Below, piece after piece: positions 9,754 to 19,661 of a stretch of DNA of 64,000 bases; the first letter of the stretch is position 1, and each line of letters opens with the position of its first letter. A program made the position numbers and the translations under genes. Source of the stretch: an uncultured euryarchaeote (lineage in GTDB: Archaea > Thermoplasmatota > Poseidoniia > Poseidoniales > Poseidoniaceae); NCBI GenBank assembly GCA_937899865.1, contig CALBRH010000051.1:120214-184213 (forward strand). The letters are read 5' to 3'. The notes under the pieces were generated by a model, which worked only from the letters and a program-made list of their open reading frames with translations, did no database searches and was not told the DNA's origin.

Positions 9754-11271
9754 TCAAAATAAAGTTCGTTGACCTTTATTTGGTTTTGATTCTTCAATTA
9801 TTTCTTCATCTGATTGGATATCCTCTAAAACAGCAATTTCATTGATATTGCTTTGTTCTGATTCTATTAGATTATATCGAGCAACTAATTCTTTGGTAGA
9901 TTTTCTACTCTTAGGCAAGCCACAAAGAGCAGCATGTTCATCCCCTGTTAGGCCAAGGTCAATTGAAATTGTAAAATCATCAATATTTCCAACTTCAGAG
10001 GTTTCAGAATGCAAAGAAATCAGTAAAGGTAGTAATTCTTCGCGTACTGATGATTTACTTGCTCCAGTAATGTCAGTTAAGCGATTAATAATTGTTGAAC
10101 GACCTTGAGTTGAGCCACGACGAAGGAAATTTGGATAACTTGGATATAATTTTCCCGTCAAATCTTGCTGATTGACAACAGATGCTGCTAGTCCAGATAT
10201 TTGTGAAGACCAATACCACGAACGATGTGCAGTATTTTGATACATTGACATAAGCATTTTTGATGACTGACATAGTGCCCTATTGCCTCGATCAATTGCT
10301 TTTTTATTTGTAAAAATTGATGGGTTATTCCAATGAATCCAATTTAATAATTCAGATGGAGCTTTATCAATTGAAATTCCAAGTTTAATTGCATCATGTG
10401 CATGATTTGATTTGTATAATTCTGACAGACCAGGGAAAACTTCTACTGAAACATCCCTTTCACTTAATTCAACATATTGCATCACAGCATCTTTATCTAT
10501 AGAATTTATACCGGATGCGCAAATAACCTGTAAATCTCTCACAAGTGCTCTTAAGTCACCAGGATTGTTGTTAGTGAGAGCCTCAATTGCTGCTGTATCA
10601 TATTCAATACTTTCCGATTTTAATACTCTTCTTGCAATATTGCGTAGAGCATCTTTACTAGCCCTTTCAAAATTAATAGTCATTAATAATCTTTGAAATC
10701 TTTCCCTAGTGGAGCGCCAATTAGAAGATTTACCCCATAGACCCATCACTTCATTGCAAGCAAGTATCACTGGCTGCTTAGTTTCAGCTAACAATTTCAA
10801 TAACTCTGCTTTACCACCAGTATCACCCTTCAATTGGACTGCTTCAGATGGATCTGCATTTACCTTAATGGCATCATTAATTCTTGTTTCACTAACTGAA
10901 CGCAACCCACCAGAAAGATGGTCAACCTCATCAATTAAAATTAGAGTTTTTTTGTCATTCTCATCGGGATTAAAGAAAAGTGATCGATGTGTTGCTCCTT
11001 TAGTAGCAGCTTTTCTAATCGAAGCAGCGTTTCTAGCATCTGATGCATTTAATTCAATCACATTCCAACCCATGTCTTGTGCAATCGCTCTTGCCACTGT
11101 TGTTTTTCCTACACCAGGAGGACCAACTAACAATATCGCCTTATTTTTAGGAACTCCATTCTTCCAGTCATCTAGCCATTTTCGAATCTTTTGTCGCTGA
11201 GTTTCATTTCCCTCGAGATGACTTTCTGAGGTTGGACGATGTCTTTCAGTCCAATCGGAAACATCGGCCAT
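9754..11271 (-). CDS. rfcL: Replication factor C large subunit
   Basis: It has the AAA+ clamp-loader motifs ILLVGPPGVGKTT, DEVD and a sensor region. The N-terminus MADVSDWTERHRP is typical of archaeal RfcL. Confidence 0.75.
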   Translation of the reverse strand: MADVSDWTERHRPTSESHLEGNETQRQKIRKWLDDWKNGVPKNKAILLVGPPGVGKTTVARAIAQDMGWNVIELNASDARNAASIRKAATKGATHRSLFFNPDENDKKTLILIDEVDHLSGGLRSVSETRINDAIKVNADPSEAVQLKGDTGGKAELLKLLAETKQPVILACNEVMGLWGKSSNWRSTRERFQRLLMTINFERASKDALRNIARRVLKSESIEYDTAAIEALTNNNPGDLRALVRDLQVICASGINSIDKDAVMQYVELSERDVSVEVFPGLSELYKSNHAHDAIKLGISIDKAPSELLNWIHWNNPSIFTNKKAIDRGNRALCQSSKMLMSMYQNTAHRSWYWSSQISGLAASVVNQQDLTGKLYPSYPNFLRRGSTQGRSTIINRLTDITGASKSSVREELLPLLISLHSETSEVGNIDDFTISIDLGLTGDEHAALCGLPKSRKSTKELVARYNLIESEQSNINEIAVLEDIQSDEEIIEESKPNKGQRTLF

Positions 11272-11335
11272 AACTTCACCCTTTGGTGAAGGTTATTCAA
11301 TTTTGACAAAATCAAATTCACTTTTTAGCAAATAA

Positions 11336-13015
11336 TTACAGTTCATTGATTGGAACACGTGTTTGTTCTCCTGTATCTCTTTGTCTAACTGTGACTGTAG
11401 CGTCTTCCAAAGATTGGTGGTCAACAGTAATACAGAATGGAATTCCTATTTCATCTGCCCTTGCATATCTGCGACCTATTGAACCACTGGAATCATATGT
11501 GGAAACTATGCCTGATTTTTCATTGAGTTTGTTGTTTATTTCCAATGCTAATTGCCCCATTCCATCTTTTTCGAATAGTGGGAATACTGAATAATCTACT
11601 GGTACAACATTAGGATTTAATTTCATCAAAGTGTAATTTTCTCCTTGCTTAGTAGTTTCTTCAAACGCATGATCAAGTATATGCCAAATAATCCTATCAA
11701 TACCAAATGCTGGTTCCACTACGTGAGGTATAAACCATTCACCAGTAATTGTATCATTTCTTTGTAACCTTTTTACATGTTCTTCGTTGACTACAATTGT
11801 AGTCCCATCAATCTCTATTTCATGGGGAAATTTAGTTTCAGCAGGAAGTTTTTCTACGGCGATTTTCACCTTGCCAGCAAGTGACCTAAACGCAGGGCCA
11901 GCGACTGCTCCGTCTATTGTCCAACCATCAATAATTACTTCTTTTGGAGTTTCAAATTCTCTCCTTGCTCGCAATGTTTTACCTGTATATTTTTCATGCG
12001 CTTCAAGATCATAACAACCACGATGAGCAATACCAACGCATTCTATCCATCCATAAGAACCATGAATTTCTGCATCCCAACAATCTGTAGCATAATGAGC
12101 CATTTCATTTGATTCATGCTGTCTAAACCTAATTCTTGTTGGATCTATACCAACGTTAATCAAAAAATCAAAGGTTTTGCCGATGAAATAACCGACGGTT
12201 GCATGCCTTACTAAGCCTAATTCAACAGCTTCCTGAATAGAAATATTTACTTCGCCACGATCTTCACTAATCATTGTAAAAACAACATTTGACCAAGAAT
12301 TAAAATCATGATTAACCGGCATTTCTGGATCAATGAAATATTCTAACTCAGCCATATTGAATTCTCGTAATCTTATCATCCCTTGGCGTGGTGAGATTTC
12401 ATTACGATAACCTTTCCCAACTTGAACAGCACCAAATGGTAACTTTTCTCTAAAATGACGGTATAATGAAGGGAATGAAGTAAACATTCCCTGAGCAGTC
12501 TCAGGACGAAGGAAACCATTACGACCAGAATTTCCAGCACCAATTTTGGTATTGAACATTAGGTTTTGAGCCGAAACTTTGGACCAATTGATGGTTTCAC
12601 AATATGGGCAAGATGGTGAAACTTTAGCAATCAATTCATCAAGTTCATCCTTTGATAAAGCATCTGGATTAGGGTGAGAATTCTCTAACAATGTATCTGC
12701 TCGACTTGCTTCTTCACAATCCAAACATGTAGTCATAAAATCTGAAAATTCACTGACATGGCCGCTAGCCTCAAGAACTTCAAATGGAGTAATTGTTGGA
12801 CAAGATATTTCAGATATATTACCCAATGAAAGCCAGTGTTCTAACCACATTTGGTTTACTCTATTGCGAAGTCTACCTCCATTTGGTCCAAAATCATACA
12901 AACCCTTTGAGCCACCATGTATTTCGAAAGCAGGAAGAATGAAACCTCGTCGTTTCAGCATGCCAGACATACGTTCTAGTCTCGCTCCAGAATCTTCTAC
13001 CATCGCCCTTACCAT
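11336..13015 (-). CDS. glyS: Glycyl-tRNA synthetase (archaeal/eukaryal dimeric type)
   Basis: Class II aaRS motifs are present. The N-terminus ...RRGF..P.FEIHGG..GLYDFGP is characteristic of GlyRS, with an anticodon-binding C-terminus. Confidence 0.85.
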   Translation of the reverse strand: MVRAMVEDSGARLERMSGMLKRRGFILPAFEIHGGSKGLYDFGPNGGRLRNRVNQMWLEHWLSLGNISEISCPTITPFEVLEASGHVSEFSDFMTTCLDCEEASRADTLLENSHPNPDALSKDELDELIAKVSPSCPYCETINWSKVSAQNLMFNTKIGAGNSGRNGFLRPETAQGMFTSFPSLYRHFREKLPFGAVQVGKGYRNEISPRQGMIRLREFNMAELEYFIDPEMPVNHDFNSWSNVVFTMISEDRGEVNISIQEAVELGLVRHATVGYFIGKTFDFLINVGIDPTRIRFRQHESNEMAHYATDCWDAEIHGSYGWIECVGIAHRGCYDLEAHEKYTGKTLRARREFETPKEVIIDGWTIDGAVAGPAFRSLAGKVKIAVEKLPAETKFPHEIEIDGTTIVVNEEHVKRLQRNDTITGEWFIPHVVEPAFGIDRIIWHILDHAFEETTKQGENYTLMKLNPNVVPVDYSVFPLFEKDGMGQLALEINNKLNEKSGIVSTYDSSGSIGRRYARADEIGIPFCITVDHQSLEDATVTVRQRDTGEQTRVPINEL

Positions 13016-13112
13016 GATGGTCGTGTAGTTTCTTACCTTTGAAATTGACCATTGATATCAATAATTTATTGCCAATACGCATGGTTAAGAAGAGCCGCCG
13101 GCAGGGCCTAAC

Positions 13113-14213
13113 ATGGGAAATGAGTTTGATTATGATTGTATCATAATCGGCGGGGGTCCGGCAGGCAGTACTGTTGCAAGATATGCAGCTCAAGAAGGCA
13201 TCAAAGTTCTTGTTGTTGATGCGAGAGATTCCATTGGTACACCATTGCAATGTGGGGAATTAGTACCAACAAATGATGAAATGAGAAGGCTATGTCCTGA
13301 TGTTCCAGACATGGATGACTTATTCAAAACACCAAGTCATGCAATTTCTAGAAAATGTGACACCATGAACATCATAACTCCATCAGGAAAATCTCTTTCA
13401 TATAATTTTGAAGGATTGATTTTGAATCGAGTAGCACATGATGAAGCATTAGTTGAGTTAGCAAAAGCAGCAGGAGCAGAATATTTGGTACAATCTTATG
13501 TGGAAAATGTTGAGCAAAATAGTGTCCACATTCGTGGTGGAAAAACTTACACTGCAAAGGTTATTGTTGGGGCTGGCGGGCATAATGACCCCATTCGAAG
13601 AAAATACTGGAACTCTAAATCAGTCAACATACCAGTCAAATTTGAGTTGAAAGAAGGAGATTATGGAGATGCTGTAGAACTTCATTTTGGCTCTATGGCA
13701 CCTGGAGGTTATGCATGGATGTTCCCAAAATCAGAAGGTGCAAATATTGGTTTAGGAATACAGAAAAGTTTTGCTAAGGGTAAATCTCTGAATAAATATT
13801 CCAGTGAATTTATTGACAAGTATGATGGTGAAACAACTTTCAAAGGTGCTGGTTCACTTCCAATGTCCGGAACAATAAAGCGATTTGTCAAAGATCATTT
13901 TGTTCTGGTAGGTGATTCTGCAGGCATGGTTTTGCCATCCAATGGTGCAGGAATTACAATAGCAATGGTAGGAGGTAGAATTGCTGGACAAACTATTGCG
14001 AGACATATCAAAAATGGAGACCCATTAACAGATTACGAAAAGATTTGGCGAAAACAAATGGGTAGAGTTATGAAAAATTCTAAACGTTCATTCAAAATTG
14101 GTAGCATATTATTTCGAATGCCTGATAAATTGCTAGATTTGTTATTTAACAAATTAACCAAAGGGATTGTATGGAGAGCAGTGACCTGTCGGAGAATGTT
14201 TTGGATATTCTAA
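13113..14213 (+). CDS. Geranylgeranyl reductase family FAD-dependent oxidoreductase (digeranylgeranylglycerophospholipid reductase-like)
   Basis: The N-terminus carries the FAD-binding YDCIIIGGGPAGS motif, with GAGG and GDSAG motifs further on. Confidence 0.65.
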   Translation: MGNEFDYDCIIIGGGPAGSTVARYAAQEGIKVLVVDARDSIGTPLQCGELVPTNDEMRRLCPDVPDMDDLFKTPSHAISRKCDTMNIITPSGKSLSYNFEGLILNRVAHDEALVELAKAAGAEYLVQSYVENVEQNSVHIRGGKTYTAKVIVGAGGHNDPIRRKYWNSKSVNIPVKFELKEGDYGDAVELHFGSMAPGGYAWMFPKSEGANIGLGIQKSFAKGKSLNKYSSEFIDKYDGETTFKGAGSLPMSGTIKRFVKDHFVLVGDSAGMVLPSNGAGITIAMVGGRIAGQTIARHIKNGDPLTDYEKIWRKQMGRVMKNSKRSFKIGSILFRMPDKLLDLLFNKLTKGIVWRAVTCRRMFWIF

Positions 14214-14319
14214 TCCAGTACTAATTACTACTTTTCAAAAATAATTTCACCGATTGATATAGGCGAAGTTTTGAAGTAGTTGTTGCATCCAATGCGGACT
14301 ATTGGGATAGGGAAATAAA

Positions 14320-17300
14320 ATGGTAAAGATAGAGTATCTAGATAATCCACAAGATACTGAGGATCTACTTGCTATACTCTGCCCACCAGTTAGAAATTGG
14401 TTCAAAGATAAATTCCCAGATTTTACGAGACCACAAAAACTAGCAATACCTGCGATTATGGATAGAAAACATCTATTGCTATGTTCACCCACTGGTTCAG
14501 GTAAAACTCTAACCGCATTTTTAACAGTGATTGATCAATTAGTAAGGATGGCGCTGGATGGCAAATTACAGAAAAAAGTTCACTGTGTATATATTTCTCC
14601 TATCAAAGCATTAGCCAATGATATTCAAAGAAATCTTATTGGGCCATTAACTGAAATCTCAGAAAAATATCTACCAGATAGAGCTCAAGAAATTAAAGTC
14701 GGTCTTAGGACAGGTGACACACCACAATCAGAACGACAGAGGATGTTAAGACACCCTCCACATATCTTGATTACAACCCCAGAAAGTTTAGCTATTGCTA
14801 TTACTTCACAGAAATTCCAACCATTGGTAAGTGAACTTGAGTATATGATTGTAGATGAACTTCATTCACTTGTTCCTACAAAAAGAGGAGTCCACTTAGG
14901 ATTGACATTATCATACTTGGATACTTTATTGCAGACTCCAGTACAAAGAATTGGAATTTCTGCAACTATGGAACCTTTGGAAAAAGTTGCTGAATATCTT
15001 GTCTCAAGTGATGATAAAGAAAGCATAGGTGAAGAGAGTCATGTTAGTATTGCAAAGGTATCAGGTTCTCGTGAATTAGACATGGACATTATCATACCCG
15101 ATAACAGATTTAGTGATTTATCTGTTATGAAAGTTTTAGAGAAAAATATCGAGGTAATTGCTGATTTAATCGCTGCTCATACAACTACTTTGGTATTTGC
15201 CAATACCAGAAAAATGACAGAAACGTTAGTTCAAAGACTTAGACCTCACCTCGGTGATTTAATTGCTGGACACCATGGTTCAATGGACAAAAAGATCCGT
15301 CTTGATGTAGAGAAGCGATTAAAGCATGGTCATCTGAGAGCTGTTGTCACATCATCATCTCTAGAAATGGGAATTGATATTGGTTCTGTTGATTTAGTGA
15401 TACAAGTTGGTAGCCCTGGAGATATCGCTACTGCATTACAACGTATTGGCCGAGCAGGACACCACGTTGGAGGCATACCTAGGGCAAGGTTTTTGCCAAC
15501 CAGTGTTGATGACTTAATTGAATTGGCTGCTCTTCAATCTGCTATTCAAAAAGGTGACATGGACATTCTTCACTTCCCTGAAAATAGTTTGGATGTTGTT
15601 GCACAATTTATGATTGGTTTAGTTATAATTAACCAAATTGACATTGATGAAGCATACGAAATAATTGTTAATTCTTGGTCATATCGAAATTTCGAATATG
15701 ATGATTTCATCGAAGTTTTAGACATGCTTGAAGATGAACGAAGAATATGGGTTGATTGGGAAGAAAACATCTATGGTAAACGTGGATATTCAAGAATGAT
15801 ATACTACACAAACATTGGTACTATAGCACCTGATAATTCATATCTTGTATTCAATGCTGAAGGTTCAGTATTGGGGCAATTGAGTGGTTCATTTGTATCA
15901 AATCTAAGAAGTGGAGACGTGATTTTGCTCGGTGGCTCAACTTATCGGGTAACAAATATACAGGGTACTAGAGTTAATGTTACAGCAGTTACCGGTTATA
16001 GACCAACTGTTCCATCGTGGTCTGGAGAGGCTCGTTCAAGGTCTAGTGAATTGTCAGGAGCATTATTAGAACTAATTGGACATTGCATAGTGGCATTGCG
16101 TAAAGAGATGGATCCAAGAATGATACTATGCGATGCATATGGATTATCTACAATAGTTGCAAATTGCATAGCACGTCACTTAGAAGAGCATTCTTTAGAT
16201 TCATTCCAAGTGCCTGATCCAAACCGAATATTGGTCGAACAAATCATAAGTAGTGGCCATCCAACATATATGATTACTACTTGCCGAGGAAGAGGTTTCA
16301 ATACTGCACTTGGATATTTCCTTGCAGGTTTAGCGGAATCTAATGGCACTAGTGTCATTGAAATGTCATTTGACGAAAATGGCCTATTACTAAGAACATC
16401 TCAAGAAATCGATCCAAGGGATATGTATAACTCATTTAGAAATCAAAACCACATAGAAATTATTGAAAGATACATAATTAATACACAAATTTTTGCTAAG
16501 CGATTTAAGGAAGTTGCAGGTCGTTCATTGATTATTCCCAAGAGAATTGGTGCTGATGAAATTAGTCCTCAAGTTTTCCAACAAAAGGCAGATTCCTTGC
16601 TAAATAAACATAGAACTATCGAAGATAGTCTGCTGATGAGAGAAGCAAAAAATGAGATAATGTTTGCTGATATTGACCTCAATAGCTTAAATGATTTCCT
16701 CAAGTCATGTATTCAAGGTAATGCAAGAATTGTTCACCAAAAAATGACTATCCCATCTAGACTTGGGATGTCATTGTTCATGTCTGCATTCGAAGATTTA
16801 ATGTCCATGAAAACTAGAGCATTCTTAGTCAAGGATATTGACCCAACCATATTACAAAGGTTACTTGGAACACGAAGTCTAGCTACTGAACTATCAGAAA
16901 AAGAACTTAATGAATATTATCTCAACAAAGCACCTATTCCAAATGATGCTAATGGATTACTAAAATTAATGTCACATGGTGGAGGTCTTGAAAAATCATT
17001 CAATAACCCATTATACAAAGAAAAATTGCAAGGCATTAACATCGATATACTACGCGGATGGGTTCAGGAATTATGCCTCAAAGGAGAAATTGTCAAAATA
17101 AGAAATACTGGTTCATCAGAACTAGATGAAAAATGGTTTACTCCATATATGGCTGAAATTCATGGTACTTTGGGTTGTTTAGCAAGTAATGGCGGCAAGG
17201 AAGTCAAAGATCTTAGAAATTTACTTACTGAAGGATTTGAGTATGAAATCGCAATTGAATATGATGGATTAAAACCGACAAAATGGAAGACGATGAAGAT

Positions 17301-19605
17301 TAGCGACCCACATGTTGCTATGCGTGTGAAGATAATTGAAATGCTCGGCTGCGAGGGCCCAAAATTAGCTAAGCAAATTGAAGAACGTTTACCATTTTCA
17401 AAGGAGTTAGTCGACAGAATATTACACGAATTAGAATCGAGAAATGTTATCTCTGTTGGTTTTTACAAGCAAACAGATGACGCTGAATATATTCTCAAGA
17501 TTGATGAACATCGCTTAACTGGAGGAGAAGAGGAAGTTGTTGAGTATCGTTGGGTTCAAAACATGGTTTTTGACAAATCATTTGCCAAATATGATGATGG
17601 TTTTTCTGCATTTGACTCACATGTAATTTTCCAGAAACAGCAGGAACTTCTCTATCGTGTTGATCAATTTAGATTTAAAGATTGGAAAGATTTACAGATG
17701 GATTCTGATGTTATTATGGGACGTCTATTACACAATAGAATTGGATATACCACGAAGAAAAATATCCCCATGCTACTTGGATTAAAACCTGAACCATGGA
17801 TTGGCCCTATGGAAGAACAATTGCTAGAAAAAATACCACCAGGCGTTAATGTTACAAGACAAGAAATTATGCAAGATTTTCCAAAAGGTGATGAGTTTAA
17901 ATCTCTACAGAGAGACCTAAAAAGAGCGTTGGATAATCTTGAGCGTCAAATGTTAGTGGTTAAACAATTTGAAGATGTCATTGGCCGTAGAAGAAAATTA
18001 TCCTTATTCCATAGAGTCCATGGCGTATACGAACCAACTAGTTTTGAAGATTCATTAGTTGATGTAATTAAGCGGTTGGGGCCAATCAAATCTCATACTC
18101 TAAGATTCTTTGTCACTAAGTCCTATGAAGATTTAACTATTGCATTAATGAATTTGGAAAAATCAGGAAAAATCGCCAAGGTAGTGTCATTGGTACCTGA
18201 ACCAGAGGCATTTTATTGTATGCCTGAAGAGGTTGAAAAATTAAAGAGACCTAGTAGGGAAGATAGTAAATTAAGAATTCTTACTCAATCTGACCCATAT
18301 GTTTCCCGATTTATATGGGAGGTTAGAAGTATCTTGGACAGAGGTTGGTATCTCCCTGTTTTCAAAGGTGTTGACCCCATTGGCAAGGTATTGATGTTCA
18401 AAGTTAATGACTATCTTGAGGTTAAAGACTTGCATATCCCAAATGCTTACATTGAAGAATTCTGTGAGGTATTTTCCCTACTTCTCGATAATCACTCAGA
18501 CCAGTTAGTAGATGTAGCAGTTCTAACAAATTTCAACAGTGAACCTGTATCTCAATTAGACCCTGAGACTAGAAAATATTTGGAAAATATTGGATTTAAA
18601 TTGACAGGAGAACGAATGATTCGAGGTGGTATAGTTGACCCGCAACCAAGAGAAATCGCAGAACGGGCATTATTTCACCGTCACTTTTTACACCAAAACA
18701 CAAGATTGGAAAATGAAGTTATTGCAATGCGAAGGATTCCAGAAGTTCGAGATGATTTTGCGTTAAGAGGTCGATGTGAAGTTTATCGTGCTAACCTCAA
18801 GAGTATGGCCAGTGCGAATAGATTGCACCAAGGTGTAAATCTTCGAGGGCATCAAGTTTGGGCAACGTATGAGCATTTCCAAGATTTATTGATTATTCGT
18901 GGCATCCCTGCAGATGAGGATTTACTTGATATTGTAGATTTCTTTTCCACTAATTCCGATCCAAATATATTCAAAGAAAGACATGCATTATCACAATCTG
19001 AATTCAGAAAATTGATTCAGCCATTGATTAGAACAGGACATATAGTTCAAGATTTTAGAGGTGGTTTTAGAACTGTTGCTATAAAAAGTTCAATCGATCC
19101 TACTGAGTTGCGTAAAGAATATTTACGTAATATGGTTAAAGAATTTCCAATTATTACTTTGAAACAATTCATGAGGTTAGCTGGAACACCATTCAAACCT
19201 GAGGAAATTAAATCTGTACTAAACTCATTTGAAGAGGATGGCACCTTGATTAAAGGATTCTTGATCGAAGATTTACATGAAGTATGTTGGGGTCGTAAAG
19301 AATTACTAGATGAGGCAAAGGATATTCGGCCAATCAGAGACTTTGTTTTACCACCAAGTGACCCAATATCACCATATTTTGCAGATGTTCTGAAAGAAAA
19401 ATTCGGATTTGGGTCAGCATATTTAGTTTTCAAAAATGCTGAGCCAGTCGCAGCATTCAAAGCAAATACTCGTAACAAAATTATCGAAGTCAAGGATTAT
19501 GAAGGTTCTGAAAAAGGGTGGAGAATAGTCAAAGAATTTGCTTGGGAACATCAAATGCCTCTTGAAACTGAATTAAGAATCGGTGGCAAAAAGATGAACC
19601 GTTAG
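14320..19605 (+). CDS. lhr: Lhr-like large ATP-dependent helicase (1761 aa) with a long C-terminal extension
   Basis: The N-terminal half has SF2 helicase motifs (PTGSGKT, DELH, SAT, QRIGRAGH). It is one uninterrupted ORF. Confidence 0.8.
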   Translation: MVKIEYLDNPQDTEDLLAILCPPVRNWFKDKFPDFTRPQKLAIPAIMDRKHLLLCSPTGSGKTLTAFLTVIDQLVRMALDGKLQKKVHCVYISPIKALANDIQRNLIGPLTEISEKYLPDRAQEIKVGLRTGDTPQSERQRMLRHPPHILITTPESLAIAITSQKFQPLVSELEYMIVDELHSLVPTKRGVHLGLTLSYLDTLLQTPVQRIGISATMEPLEKVAEYLVSSDDKESIGEESHVSIAKVSGSRELDMDIIIPDNRFSDLSVMKVLEKNIEVIADLIAAHTTTLVFANTRKMTETLVQRLRPHLGDLIAGHHGSMDKKIRLDVEKRLKHGHLRAVVTSSSLEMGIDIGSVDLVIQVGSPGDIATALQRIGRAGHHVGGIPRARFLPTSVDDLIELAALQSAIQKGDMDILHFPENSLDVVAQFMIGLVIINQIDIDEAYEIIVNSWSYRNFEYDDFIEVLDMLEDERRIWVDWEENIYGKRGYSRMIYYTNIGTIAPDNSYLVFNAEGSVLGQLSGSFVSNLRSGDVILLGGSTYRVTNIQGTRVNVTAVTGYRPTVPSWSGEARSRSSELSGALLELIGHCIVALRKEMDPRMILCDAYGLSTIVANCIARHLEEHSLDSFQVPDPNRILVEQIISSGHPTYMITTCRGRGFNTALGYFLAGLAESNGTSVIEMSFDENGLLLRTSQEIDPRDMYNSFRNQNHIEIIERYIINTQIFAKRFKEVAGRSLIIPKRIGADEISPQVFQQKADSLLNKHRTIEDSLLMREAKNEIMFADIDLNSLNDFLKSCIQGNARIVHQKMTIPSRLGMSLFMSAFEDLMSMKTRAFLVKDIDPTILQRLLGTRSLATELSEKELNEYYLNKAPIPNDANGLLKLMSHGGGLEKSFNNPLYKEKLQGINIDILRGWVQELCLKGEIVKIRNTGSSELDEKWFTPYMAEIHGTLGCLASNGGKEVKDLRNLLTEGFEYEIAIEYDGLKPTKWKTMKISDPHVAMRVKIIEMLGCEGPKLAKQIEERLPFSKELVDRILHELESRNVISVGFYKQTDDAEYILKIDEHRLTGGEEEVVEYRWVQNMVFDKSFAKYDDGFSAFDSHVIFQKQQELLYRVDQFRFKDWKDLQMDSDVIMGRLLHNRIGYTTKKNIPMLLGLKPEPWIGPMEEQLLEKIPPGVNVTRQEIMQDFPKGDEFKSLQRDLKRALDNLERQMLVVKQFEDVIGRRRKLSLFHRVHGVYEPTSFEDSLVDVIKRLGPIKSHTLRFFVTKSYEDLTIALMNLEKSGKIAKVVSLVPEPEAFYCMPEEVEKLKRPSREDSKLRILTQSDPYVSRFIWEVRSILDRGWYLPVFKGVDPIGKVLMFKVNDYLEVKDLHIPNAYIEEFCEVFSLLLDNHSDQLVDVAVLTNFNSEPVSQLDPETRKYLENIGFKLTGERMIRGGIVDPQPREIAERALFHRHFLHQNTRLENEVIAMRRIPEVRDDFALRGRCEVYRANLKSMASANRLHQGVNLRGHQVWATYEHFQDLLIIRGIPADEDLLDIVDFFSTNSDPNIFKERHALSQSEFRKLIQPLIRTGHIVQDFRGGFRTVAIKSSIDPTELRKEYLRNMVKEFPIITLKQFMRLAGTPFKPEEIKSVLNSFEEDGTLIKGFLIEDLHEVCWGRKELLDEAKDIRPIRDFVLPPSDPISPYFADVLKEKFGFGSAYLVFKNAEPVAAFKANTRNKIIEVKDYEGSEKGWRIVKEFAWEHQMPLETELRIGGKKMNR

Positions 19606-19661
19606 AAAAATCACATGACCACTACATTTTAATGGGGCCAGTCTAACCATTACCTGTTAAC

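Noticed and set aside
13085-13112. GC-rich segment aagagccgccggcagggcctaac, superficially like the 5' part of a tRNA
   Set aside because: No complementary acceptor-stem or T-arm sequence follows. The region runs straight into the geranylgeranyl reductase start codon. No tRNA or rRNA was found anywhere in the window.
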